A stretch of DNA of 53,094 nt, from NCBI GenBank assembly GCA_001795695.1, contig MGKO01000004.1:1-53094 (forward strand). The letters run 5' to 3'. The position numbers and the translations under genes were made by a program. Positions within the stretch are counted from its first letter, which is position 1. The number at the start of each line of letters is the position of its first letter. Shown here one piece after another: positions 8,353 through 16,847 of this stretch. The notes under the pieces were generated by a model, which worked only from the letters and a program-made list of their open reading frames with translations, searched no databases and was not told the origin of the DNA. Origin of the DNA: Candidatus Yanofskybacteria bacterium RIFCSPLOWO2_01_FULL_49_17. Its GTDB lineage: Bacteria; Patescibacteriota; Minisyncoccia; 2-02-FULL-40-12; GWA2-44-9.

Positions 8353-9903
8353 TTAGGATAAAATGCGCGAGTAGTTCAGTGGTAGAACGCCTAACTGATA
8401 ATTAGGAGGTCCCAGGTTCAATCCCTGGCTCGCGCACCACGTTGGAAAAGTCAATGCCTCGCCCCGCCTTCGGCGGGTCTCGGCGACCAAATCGTACGGA
8501 TTTTTCGGGGCAAAAAGAAATTCCCGATTCCGTAAAATATGGTTCGAGCCGATGTTTTTCAGAAATGTTGTCATTTCGGAAAGATTTTCTGATTCAAGCA
8601 GATTAGCGGCTTGATTTAAGGACTTTACGAACTCACGAGCCGGTTCGAGCCAAGACAACCCTTTTGTCTCAAAGTCGGTAATTTTTTCGGTTAACTCGAT
8701 CTTTTGTGAAATGAGAATGTCTTTTTTAGCGGCGTATTCTCGTTGAGTAAGAGCGTCATCGAGATATACGTCAAGCAACTTTTGAAGTTTTGCTTCCATC
8801 TGTGATAATTGCTCTTTGAGATTTATAACTTCACTTTTGGCTTGTTCCTTTGCTTCGGTTTCTTCCGTATCCAACGCCGCCAAAACTTTCTTGGTGTCTT
8901 GGCTCGACAAAGAAACTTTTTGAAGGAAGTTTTTGATTTGAACGATAAGCTGATTTTCACCGAGATACTTTTCTTGGCACGTGCCTCGCTTCTTGGTACA
9001 GCGGTAGTAAGTGTATATACCTCCGTTGCCTTTCGCATATTGCGCAGTTATCGAGCAACCGCACGAGGCGCATTTCATAAGGCCAAGAAAAGGAAAGTTG
9101 TGTTTTCTGTCTGGGCGAATCTTGCCACGCTTAGTCATAACCTCTTGGCACAAATCAAAAAGTTTCTTTGAAATTAACGGCTCGTGTGTTCCCTCAAAAA
9201 CTTCCCCTTTGTATCTCATCAAACCAATGTAAAAGGGATTTTGGAGAATATGCTGAACATTGCTCAATGAGATTTTGTTTCCGGCATTTGTGAGCAGTTT
9301 CTTTTTCTCACACCAATTTGCGAGAGAGTTGAGTGGATATGCTCCGGTGGCGTACATCTCGAAGATTTTTCTCACTAAAGGAGATTTATCTTTATCAACA
9401 TCAATCCCTCTAGTTTTGGGATTATTGGAATATCCTACCGGAGCCCAGCTTGGCCACACTCCATTTCGTATCTTTTGGCGTAGTCCTCTTTTCACATTCT
9501 CTCGCAAATTGTCTACAAAATACTTCGATTGTCCAAAAGCAATGTTCAGCATAAATAATCCTTGCGGCGTTGGCTCAAACCAGAAGCAGGGAAATTTGAG
9601 GGAACGAATCAAGCCGCGATCCACGAAGTGAATAATCTTTCCACCGTCCACAGAATTACGCGCTAACCTGTCGGGGTGCCAAGAGATTATCCCGTCCGCT
9701 TTCCCTTGTTCCAACAATGACAACATTTCTGCGAATTTAATTCGCCCGGGTTCTTTTGCGGTTTTGGCCTCTTGGAAAGAGGCAACAATTTCAAGTTTTT
9801 CTTTGGCGGCAAATTCTTTGAGCTCAACAAGTTGAGCTTCAATGGAGAGAACTTGTCGGTCGTCTTCCTCGGTACTTTTTCTTGCGTAGATAATGTATTT
9901 CAT
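8353..9903 (-). CDS. Large serine recombinase (resolvase catalytic domain + recombinase domain + zinc ribbon + coiled coil)
   Basis: Motifs YARKSTEEDDRQVLSIEAQ (catalytic Ser), DRLARN, CASCGC..YYRC zinc ribbon, and a long coiled coil. The last ~60 codons run through repeat X and the antisense of tRNA-Ile. Confidence 0.85.
   Translation of the reverse strand: MKYIIYARKSTEEDDRQVLSIEAQLVELKEFAAKEKLEIVASFQEAKTAKEPGRIKFAEMLSLLEQGKADGIISWHPDRLARNSVDGGKIIHFVDRGLIRSLKFPCFWFEPTPQGLFMLNIAFGQSKYFVDNLRENVKRGLRQKIRNGVWPSWAPVGYSNNPKTRGIDVDKDKSPLVRKIFEMYATGAYPLNSLANWCEKKKLLTNAGNKISLSNVQHILQNPFYIGLMRYKGEVFEGTHEPLISKKLFDLCQEVMTKRGKIRPDRKHNFPFLGLMKCASCGCSITAQYAKGNGGIYTYYRCTKKRGTCQEKYLGENQLIVQIKNFLQKVSLSSQDTKKVLAALDTEETEAKEQAKSEVINLKEQLSQMEAKLQKLLDVYLDDALTQREYAAKKDILISQKIELTEKITDFETKGLSWLEPAREFVKSLNQAANLLESENLSEMTTFLKNIGSNHILRNREFLFAPKNPYDLVAETRRRRGEALTFPTWCASQGLNLGPPNYQLGVLPLNYSRILS
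8365..8439 (+). tRNA. tRNA-Ile (anticodon GAU), CCA encoded
   Basis: Cloverleaf GCGCGAG/CTCGCGC, anticodon stem CCTAA/TTAGG, loop CTGATAA, T arm CCAGG-TTCAATC-CCTGG, ACCA end. Confidence 0.9.
8440..8533. repeat. Arm X (attL side), inverted copy at 9949-10042
   Basis: 94 nt with 1 mismatch between copies. Contains the hairpin CCCGCC-TTCG-GCGGG. Confidence 0.9.
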
Positions 9904-9925
9904 AGTTTTTTGTTAATTAATGATT

Positions 9926-10214
9926 AAAATTTTTCTTTTCTGCTTCTAACGGAATCGGGAATTTCTTTTTGCCCCGAAAAATCCGTACGATTTGATCGCC
10001 GAGACCCGCCGAAGGCGGGGCGAGGCATTGACTTTTCCAACGTGGTGCAGAATACTTGAATTAGTCCGAACCGCTTTCGCCGCCTGCGGCGGCGAGGAAG
10101 TCCCCCCGCGAAAATCCGGAAAGGCGGCGGAGCCGCACGAATCAAAACCGCAAAAGAACCCGTTAAAAACATCGGCTCGAACCATATTTTGTAGAAGCAG
10201 AAAAGAAAAATTTT
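9926..10214. repeat. Internal attP-like segment bounded by perfect 23-bp inverted repeats
   Basis: The sequence aaaatttttcttttctgcttcta (9926-9948) is the reverse complement of 10192-10214. The interior is X' + TGGTGC + Y + a 26-nt block (10165-10190), and that block is the reverse complement of 8534-8559. Confidence 0.85.
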
Positions 10215-10362
10215 CATAAGGATTCTTAATGCAAGAACTCATCGAGTTTCTTTTTTATTTTGGCTTGATTTTTATTAACATTTCAGCTAATGTAACTTTG
10301 GTATTAAGCTCGATTGTCGGGCTTAAATCGTACATTCCCAACTAAAGAGAGGAGAAATACGC

Positions 10363-11265
10363 ATGGAATTACAAACTGAAGTCGCAGGCATTCGATTGGA
10401 ACATCCACTGATGAACGCAGCGGGAACATGCAAGATGTTGGAGGACGTGAAAGAGCTTTCGCGTTCAGCCACAGCGGCGGTCATGGTCGGCTCAATCACT
10501 GTGGAGCCGAGGACTGGCAACGCTGGCGATGTCTACTGGGCAGGACCGATGTTCTCGCTCAACTCGCTCGGTCTTCCGAATCGCGGTGCGCCGTATTACA
10601 GAGAGGTACTTCCCGAGATGGTCGCGGTGGCTCACGGCGAAGGCAAGCCACTTTTCGTGAGTGTGGCTGGCTTCTCACCAGAGGAGTACACAGACCTCAC
10701 GGAGTTGGCGTTCCGTGGCGGGGCAGACCTCGTGGAGCTGAACCTCGGCTGTCCCAACGTGTGGCAAGGCAGCGCGCAGAAGCGCATCGCGTGTTTCGAT
10801 CCGGCACTGGTCGCAGAAGTGCTACGCCGTGTCGAGGAGAGAGTCGGAGCCGACATGAAAGTTTCGGTCAAGATTTCTCCTTTCTCAGACCCTTTCGCAC
10901 TTGCCGAAGTGGCGCAGGTCATCGGCGCATCGAAAGTGGCGAAGGCCGTCACAACGGTGAACACCTTCCCTAACGCGTTCAGCTACAACGGCGCGAAGCC
11001 GAGAATCACGCCGGGTGGTGGCCTTGCTGGATTCGCCGGACCAGCGATGAAGCCGATCGGTCTCGGACAAGTCAGGCAACTTCGCGGACTTCTCCCGGAG
11101 CACATTCAGATCATCGGTGTCGGTGGCATCACGCACGGTCAGGACATTCAGGAGTATCGCGAGAGCGGTGCAGTAGCAACGCAAGTAGCCACCGCCTATC
11201 TCGAGCGACACGAGCAGGTGTTCAGTTCGTTCCTCGGCGAGCTCCTCGAAGTCGCGAGCGAATGA
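10363..11265 (+). CDS. pyrD: Dihydroorotate dehydrogenase, class 1A-like
   Basis: Motifs NAAGTCK, SLNSLGLPNRG, NLGCPNV (catalytic Cys), KISPF, IIGVGGITHGQD, plus SD GAGAGGAG. The gene is visibly GC-richer than its flanks; the ORF track shows 181-aa and 170-aa shadow ORFs in other frames. Confidence 0.8.
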   Translation: MELQTEVAGIRLEHPLMNAAGTCKMLEDVKELSRSATAAVMVGSITVEPRTGNAGDVYWAGPMFSLNSLGLPNRGAPYYREVLPEMVAVAHGEGKPLFVSVAGFSPEEYTDLTELAFRGGADLVELNLGCPNVWQGSAQKRIACFDPALVAEVLRRVEERVGADMKVSVKISPFSDPFALAEVAQVIGASKVAKAVTTVNTFPNAFSYNGAKPRITPGGGLAGFAGPAMKPIGLGQVRQLRGLLPEHIQIIGVGGITHGQDIQEYRESGAVATQVATAYLERHEQVFSSFLGELLEVASE

Positions 11266-11420
11266 ATCGCTCGCAGAAAATCGTCCCAACGGGACGCACA
11301 TTGGAAACAGTGTACGTCCCCTTTCTTTTTCAAAGAACAAAGAATTTGCCGCCAAGACCGAAATTCGGTAGAATTTCAGTAATCCGAATTCCGCCAAAGA
11401 AAAACTTGAAATTGTCAGCG

Positions 11421-11522
11421 GTGCGGCTCCGCCGCCTTTCCGTCCGCCAGCTGGCGGATTCGCGGGGGGAGTTCCTCGCCGCCACAGGCGGCGAAAGCGG
11501 TTCGGACTAATTCAAGTATTCT
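11421..11522. repeat. Arm Y' (attR side), inverted copy of 10049-10138, carrying a palindrome insertion
   Basis: Reverse complement of Y except for 2-3 substitutions and the 14-nt insert tccgccagctggcg at 11443-11456. Confidence 0.85.
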
Positions 11523-11541
11523 GCACCAGTAGTAAAATTTC

Positions 11542-11614
11542 GGGCCCGTAGCTCAGTTGGTAGAGCACCTCATTTGCAATGAGGGGGTCAGCGGTCCGAA
11601 TCCGCTCGGGTCCA
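11542..11614 (+). tRNA. tRNA-Ala (anticodon UGC), no encoded CCA
   Basis: Acceptor GGGCCCG/CGGGTCC with the G3:U70 identity pair, anticodon loop TTTGCAA, T arm GCGGT-CCGAATC-CGCTC. Confidence 0.9.
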
Positions 11615-11627
11615 CAAAGAATAAAAC

Positions 11628-12680
11628 ATGGCAAATCCGATAAATGTATTGATGGTCATAGTCGGCTTGGCGGTTCTGGTGATGCTCGGCATCAATCTTT
11701 ATTTGATGATTCAGACCCGGCGGAAACAGCAGCAACCCGATGATAAATATCTGGCCATTCACCAGCGCTTTGACGCGCTTTCCCAGGCCGTGAGCGAGCA
11801 ATTGGAGAAAGGCCGGCAGGCATCCGAGCGGGCCACTCTGACCGTCCATCAGCAGGTCCAGAGCTTCACCCAGAATATGACCCAGCTTCAGGAGAACTTG
11901 AAGCAGGTCCACGCCAGCGTCAAAGACGTTTCCTCGTTCCAAGAGATGTTCAAATCGCCAAAACTTAGAGGCATCTGGGGCGAACAGTCGCTAGAGGCCT
12001 CTCTCCAGCAATATTTCTCGCGCGACCTCTATGAGATGCAGCATCACTTCCGCTCCGGTGAGGCGGTTGATGCCGTTCTGAAATTGCCCAACGGCACGCT
12101 ATTGCCTATTGATTCTAAGTTCAATTGGGAGAATTTTGAAAAGATGGTCAATTCAGAAACGGACATGAACCGGGAACTATACCGCAAGGCCTTCTATGGC
12201 GATGTCAAGAAAAAGATAGACGAAATAGCCGCCAAATACATTTTGCCGTCAGAAAGCACGACTGACTTGGCTTTGATGTATGTGCCGGCTGAGACCGTCT
12301 ACTACGAGATAATCAATAACATCAAAGATGCGGATATACCAAGCTATGCCCGGGCCAAGAAAGTATTTTTGGTGTCGCCCAACACATTTGCCTTGTCGGT
12401 CTCGGCCATCAGACATTGGTTCAAGGACATAGAGTTCAACAAACAGACCAAGGATATAATGAAGCGCCTTGAACGCATCGCCACGGACGGCAATAAACTG
12501 GCCGAGGGCTTCCGCAAACTGGGCAGCCATATTTCCAACGCCAAATCGGCCTTTGACGACAGCGAAAAGCGCGTCGGTCTCTTGGTGGACCGCGTGCAAA
12601 ACGTCATTGAGATAGGCGAGTCCGCTTCCAGCGAGGAAGTCAAAAAAATAGATCCGCCAACTGGCAGACCCGTCGCCTAA
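11628..12680 (+). CDS. rmuC: DNA recombination protein RmuC
   Basis: N-terminal TM and coiled coil. Motifs [12 protein letters not shown] and [19 protein letters not shown]. The C-terminal DPPTGR comes from a degenerate palindrome copy at 12653-12668. Confidence 0.8.
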   Translation: MANPINVLMVIVGLAVLVMLGINLYLMIQTRRKQQQPDDKYLAIHQRFDALSQAVSEQLEKGRQASERATLTVHQQVQSFTQNMTQLQENLKQVHASVKDVSSFQEMFKSPKLRGIWGEQSLEASLQQYFSRDLYEMQHHFRSGEAVDAVLKLPNGTLLPIDSKFNWENFEKMVNSETDMNRELYRKAFYGDVKKKIDEIAAKYILPSESTTDLALMYVPAETVYYEIINNIKDADIPSYARAKKVFLVSPNTFALSVSAIRHWFKDIEFNKQTKDIMKRLERIATDGNKLAEGFRKLGSHISNAKSAFDDSEKRVGLLVDRVQNVIEIGESASSEEVKKIDPPTGRPVA

Positions 12681-12718
12681 CATTGAATTATATAGGATAT
12701 TTTAGTACCCTATTACCT

Positions 12719-14695
12719 ATGACAATTATACAACTGGCGCTGATCGCGGCACTCGCTTCGCTTATCTACGGCGGAGTTTTAATTTGGTCGGTCCTGAAAA
12801 AATCAGCGGGGGATGAAAAGATGCAGGCCATTCAGAAGGCCATCCAGGAGGGTTCGGTGGCCTATCTTAAGCGCCAGAATCTGACCGTTCTCTGGGTCGG
12901 TCTTCCGGTGGCGGCGGTCCTTTGGAAATGGCTCGGTATGCCCATCGCTCTGGGCTTTATCATCGGCGCGGCGGCTTCGGCCGCGGCCGGTTTCATCGGC
13001 ATGATGATAGCGGTCCGTTCCAATGTTCGCGTGGCCCAGGAAGCCAAACACGGTCTGGCCCGCGCTTTCACTACCGCTTTCCGAGGCGGGGCGGTGACCG
13101 GTTTTTTTGTGGTCGGTCTGGGCCTGCTTTCAGTAACACTTTTTTATTGGTGGTCGGGCGATGTCAAAGCGCTCATCGGCCTCGGTTTCGGTTCTTCTCT
13201 TATTTCTGTCTTTGCCCGTTTGGGCGGCGGTATTTTTACCAAAGGCGCTGATGTCGGCGCGGACCTGGTCGGCAAGGTTGAACATGACATCCCGGAGGAC
13301 GACCCGCGCAACCCTTCAACCATCGCCGACCTGACGGGCGATAGTGTATCCGATTGCGCCGGAATGGCCGCCGACGTTTTTGAGACCTATGTCGTCTCAA
13401 TGCTGTCTGTCATGTTGCTGGGCACATTGCTTTTCCCTTCTCATCCAGAAGTGACGACCTTTCCTCTACTAGTCGGAGCTCTTGGCGTCTTTGCCTCTAT
13501 CGTCGGTTCGCTTTTCGTTAAATTGACTGGAGGCATCATGGCGGCCTTATACAAGGGACTGGCCGCAACCGGCATATTGGTCTTAGGAGCGTTTTACTGG
13601 ACGACCAGCACCGGCCAGTTCAATTCTTTGCGGGGAATGCCGGTGTTCTGGGCTTTGGCCATCGGCATTGCCGTGGCCGGCCTGATGGTTCTTATCACTG
13701 ATTACTACACGTCCAAGAAATTCAGCCCGGTTCAACGCATCGCTCACGCCTCCACCACCGGCCACGGCACCAACATCATCACTGGTCTGGCTGTCTCAAT
13801 GCAATCCACCGCTTTGCCGGTCCTGCTCATCGCGGCGGCTATGCTCGGCGCGTTTCTGATGGCCGGCCTTTATGGCATCGCGCTAGCCACTATCAGCATG
13901 CTCTCTTTATCTGGCCTTATTTTGGCGATTGATTCCTTCGGCCCCATTACCGACAATGCCGGCGGCATTGCCGAGATGGCCGGTCTGTCCAAAGATGTCC
14001 GTGAGGTGACCGACCCGCTTGACGCGGTCGGCAACACGACCAAAGCCGTAACCAAGGGCTACGCTATCGCCTCGGCCGGATTGGCGGCCATGGTTCTTTT
14101 CGCCGCGTATACGCAGGAGCTGGCCTCTTTCGGCAAAACCGTTTTCTTTGAACTGTCTGATATCAGAGTCCTCATCGGCTTGTTCATCGGCGGTATGATG
14201 CCTTATCTTTTTGGTTCGTTGGCGATGCAGGCCGTTGGAAAAGCGGCTTCAGCTGTCGTGGACGAGGTGCGCCGCCAGTTTCGCGAGATACCGGGCATCA
14301 TGACCGGCCACGCTAAGCCGGATTATTCAACGGCGGTGGACATCGTTACCCGGACTGCTCTTAAAGAAATGGTCCTACCGGCTTTGATACCGGTTGTCAT
14401 TCCCATCCTCGTCGGCTACTTGCTCGGGCCCGAGGCCTTAGGCGGCCTTCTGGTCGGCGTGATAGTTACCGGACTTTTTGTGGCTATCTCCATGACCTCG
14501 GGCGGAGCGGCCTGGGACAACGCCAAGAAGTTCATTGAGGAAGGAAACTACGGCGGCAAGGGCTCCGAGGCCCACAAAGCGGCCGTTACCGGCGATACCG
14601 TCGGCGACCCGTACAAAGACACGGCCGGCCCAGCGATAAACCCCATGATAAAAGTCGCCAACATCGTCGCTCTGCTCATTGCCAGATTCTTGTAA
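12719..14695 (+). CDS. hppA: Membrane-bound proton/sodium-translocating pyrophosphatase
   Basis: Motifs [68 protein letters not shown]. Start taken at the ATG (MTIIQL) rather than TTG 12683. Confidence 0.9.
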   Translation: MTIIQLALIAALASLIYGGVLIWSVLKKSAGDEKMQAIQKAIQEGSVAYLKRQNLTVLWVGLPVAAVLWKWLGMPIALGFIIGAAASAAAGFIGMMIAVRSNVRVAQEAKHGLARAFTTAFRGGAVTGFFVVGLGLLSVTLFYWWSGDVKALIGLGFGSSLISVFARLGGGIFTKGADVGADLVGKVEHDIPEDDPRNPSTIADLTGDSVSDCAGMAADVFETYVVSMLSVMLLGTLLFPSHPEVTTFPLLVGALGVFASIVGSLFVKLTGGIMAALYKGLAATGILVLGAFYWTTSTGQFNSLRGMPVFWALAIGIAVAGLMVLITDYYTSKKFSPVQRIAHASTTGHGTNIITGLAVSMQSTALPVLLIAAAMLGAFLMAGLYGIALATISMLSLSGLILAIDSFGPITDNAGGIAEMAGLSKDVREVTDPLDAVGNTTKAVTKGYAIASAGLAAMVLFAAYTQELASFGKTVFFELSDIRVLIGLFIGGMMPYLFGSLAMQAVGKAASAVVDEVRRQFREIPGIMTGHAKPDYSTAVDIVTRTALKEMVLPALIPVVIPILVGYLLGPEALGGLLVGVIVTGLFVAISMTSGGAAWDNAKKFIEEGNYGGKGSEAHKAAVTGDTVGDPYKDTAGPAINPMIKVANIVALLIARFL

Positions 14696-14702
14696 CCTCG
14701 CT

Positions 14703-14907
14703 CCGGCCCAGCCATTCTTCGCTGCGCTCCGCCAATTACCATCCGGCCTCCTCATCCGCCAGCTGGCGGACGCAACAAGGGCAACTCGGTCCGACCTAAG
14801 CGTCGGACCTCAAATACTCTCTCGTTTTGCTATTCGTTGGCTCATCCCTTCGGGACTGCGGATGGTGCCAATTGTCTCCACTACGCTTCAGAATGGCTGG
14901 GCCTTCG
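14703..14907. repeat. Nested palindromic MITE-like element (E3)
   Basis: Terminal repeats are ggcccagccattct (14705-14718) and its reverse complement (14890-14903). Inner pairs are caattaccatccg/cggatggtgccaattg and ggtccgac/gtcggacc. It carries palindrome TCCGCCAGCTGGCGGA at 14755-14770. Confidence 0.6.
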
Positions 14908-14932
14908 CTATTTTTTCAAAAACGTAGCGCAG

Positions 14933-15157
14933 CTAATAGCCCCTCTCACAAACTCTCGGAGGCGGTTTCAGCTCATCAAATAACAGCGTGAGCTGGCCGG
15001 ATGCCATTGAGTCCGTTCGGTTTTGTGAAACAAAACCTCAGGACGAAATAGCCATCGGCATAGACGGCTCCCGCCTTGGGCGGGATGAAACTGCCGAGAG
15101 TGAAGCGTGGAGCTTCGCTGGAAAGCTCCGACGCCGTTTTGTGAGAGGGGCTATTGG
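14933..15157. repeat. MITE-like element E1 with ~21-bp terminal inverted repeats
   Basis: Left TIR ctaatagcccctctcacaaa, right TIR ttttgtgagaggggctattgg. The interior is made of several hairpins. Related to E2 at 23166-23340. Confidence 0.65.
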
Positions 15158-15280
15158 CCGAGCGTTGTCCACATTTTGCTATGTTTTTCCTGTAGGGGTG
15201 TTAAAATTGAGGCAGATATTGGATAAAAGACCCCGCTGGCGCCCTAGAGGTTGCCGGCGTGGCAAAGAAGGGAGGTGCCT

Positions 15281-15967
15281 ATGTTGTTAGAAGTAGTACA
15301 AGCACAAGACATAGTTCGCACATCCTTGACCACTCTGTGGTCCGGGGTTGCCGGCTTCGTGCCGCGCTTGGTCGCGGCCTTGGTCGTTTTCCTCGTTGGC
15401 TGGCTCATCGCGGTGTTGCTGGGCAAACTGGCCTACCAGATCGTTAAGGTCTTGCATCTGGATGCCGGCCTCACCAGGGTTGGTTTCCGCCAGGCCTGGG
15501 AACGTTCAGGTTTCCGCCTGGACACGCCCAAGCTCTTTTATGAGCTGGTCAAATGGTTCTTCATCGTCGTCTTTTTGATGGCGGCGACGAACATCCTCGG
15601 GCTCGTTGAGGTGACTAACTTTCTGCAGACCGTAGTTCTGTACCTGCCCAATGTCATCATTGCGGCCGTGATATTGCTCATCGGTATCCTGGTGGCCAAG
15701 TTCACGGAAGGAGTGGTCCGCGCCTCGGTCAGAGCGGCCGGGTTGGCCTCGGCCAATTTCCTCGGCGCGCTGGGTAAGTGGGCCATCACCATCTTCAGCT
15801 TGCTCATCGCCTTGAACCAGTTGCAGGTAGCGGGAGACATCATCAAGATACTCATCACCGGACTCATCGCGGCGGTATCGCTCGCGGTCGGTCTGTCATT
15901 CGGTCTTGGCGGCGTCCGTCATGCCGATGAAGCGCTTGGTCGTCTGAAAAAGAGAGTCAACGATTAG
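15281..15967 (+). CDS. Membrane protein with conserved TM-helix repeats (mechanosensitive-channel-like)
   Basis: SD GAAGGGAGGTG precedes ATG 15281. Four to five TM helices with repeated ...LLIG.LVAKF... type segments. Confidence 0.5.
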   Translation: MLLEVVQAQDIVRTSLTTLWSGVAGFVPRLVAALVVFLVGWLIAVLLGKLAYQIVKVLHLDAGLTRVGFRQAWERSGFRLDTPKLFYELVKWFFIVVFLMAATNILGLVEVTNFLQTVVLYLPNVIIAAVILLIGILVAKFTEGVVRASVRAAGLASANFLGALGKWAITIFSLLIALNQLQVAGDIIKILITGLIAAVSLAVGLSFGLGGVRHADEALGRLKKRVND

Positions 15968-16099
15968 CTTATAGGTGATAGGAAATAGTTTATAGTAAAA
16001 TCATAATCGCGCTGTAAGCGCGATTATGATTTTATCTGGCTATCATCCTATAACCTATAACCTATAACCTATAACCTATAACCTATAACCTATAACCTA
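15968..16099. repeat. H7 hairpin with 7 tandem CCTATAA units and an inner terminator
   Basis: Arm 1 is cttataggtgataggaaatagtttatagt. The inner perfect 16-bp hairpin is at 15997-16033. Arm 2 ends in (CCTATAA)x7 at 16047-16095, running into the pth stop codon. Confidence 0.8.
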
Positions 16100-16690
16100 C
16101 TGTTTGAGCAGTTGTTCCAGTCGTGTCCAGCAATCCTTGAAAACCTTTTTCAGAGTTTCTCTTTCGGAGGGTTTGAACTTTGACAGAACCAGGCCGGTCA
16201 CGAACCGGTCCCTTCGGCTATCGCTCAGGGCTCTCGCTTTCGCTAACGCCCGCACGGCTAGGCCTATTCTTATGCGATAGAATTTTTTGGTTTTCAGGGC
16301 CTTGATGACGGATTCAATGCCCTTATGGCCCCCCGAATTTTTGTCAAAAGAGCTCTTGCAATGACCGAATGGAATATCTAAATCGTCGTGAACAATAATA
16401 ATATCCGCCGGCTTCACTTTATAGAAACGAGCCAGTTTGCCGACCACTTCGCCGGACTTGTTTACGTATGACAAGGGTTTGACCAGGACCACCGGCGTCT
16501 TATCAAATTTGGTCTTGCTGACTAGCGCGTTCAGCTTCTTATCCTCGGCAAAATCATTCGCGCCTAATTTCTTGGCGACCAGATCCAAAAACATAAATCC
16601 GACATTATGCCGGGTCTCGGCGTACTTTCTCCCCTGCCTGCCTGCCGGCAGGTCCGGATTACCGATGCCGATGATAAGTTTAGTAGCCAT
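16097..16690 (-). CDS. pth: Peptidyl-tRNA hydrolase with an in-frame LPAGRQ insertion
   Basis: GIGNPD[LPAGRQ]GRKYAETRHNVGF compared with the canonical GLGNPG.xY..TRHN.GF. Also HDDLD and SGGHKG. Confidence 0.9.
   Translation of the reverse strand: MATKLIIGIGNPDLPAGRQGRKYAETRHNVGFMFLDLVAKKLGANDFAEDKKLNALVSKTKFDKTPVVLVKPLSYVNKSGEVVGKLARFYKVKPADIIIVHDDLDIPFGHCKSSFDKNSGGHKGIESVIKALKTKKFYRIRIGLAVRALAKARALSDSRRDRFVTGLVLSKFKPSERETLKKVFKDCWTRLEQLLKQ
16633..16652. repeat. Palindrome P1 variant inside pth
   Basis: cctgcctgcctgccggcagg, i.e. (CTGC)3-CG-GCAGG with asymmetric arm unit numbers. It still reads LPAGRQ on the coding strand. Confidence 0.9.
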
Positions 16691-16751
16691 TAGAACTTAG
16701 CTATTAGGCCAAGCTCAAAAATCATAACAAAAAGGCCAAAATACTGCACTA

Positions 16752-16780
16752 TTGACATTGGAGCCATGCTTTGCTATAAT
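16752..16780 (+). promoter_or_regulatory. Consensus sigma70-type promoter of the DGR target gene
   Basis: TTGACA, 17-nt spacer, TATAAT, all exact. Confidence 0.7.
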
Positions 16781-16847
16781 TTACGGGCAAGTCGTAAGCT
16801 CTTTACGAATTACTGTTTCGGACAGTCATCCGGTAAAAAGAAAGGAG

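Larger units (their letters stand above)
8440..11522. mobile_element. Integrated serine-recombinase element between tRNA-Ile and tRNA-Ala
   Basis: A GCACCA core occurs at 8434-8439, 10043-10048 (inverted) and 11523-11528. Arm X is at 8440-8533 with its inverse at 9949-10042. Arm Y is at 10049-10138 with its inverse at 11421-11522. The middle site equals the left half of attR plus the right half of attL. Confidence 0.7.

Noticed and set aside
10428-11397. Long ORFs overlapping pyrD in other frames or on the other strand (181 aa, 110 aa, 170 aa). Similar shadow ORFs lie over ftsA (24619-25278), fusA (34936-36312), tuf (37838-38561), hppA and secY.
   Set aside because: They lie inside genes with unmistakable conserved motifs. 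They have Arg/Pro/Gly/Ala-rich low-complexity translations typical of off-frame reading of GC-rich coding DNA, and they lack start contexts.
12683-12718. TTG start at 12683 for the pyrophosphatase, and TTG 16752 for the DGR target.
   Set aside because: The upstream extensions are non-conserved. For 16752 the extension coincides with a perfect TTGACA-17-TATAAT promoter. Downstream ATGs give canonical N-termini or RBS spacing.
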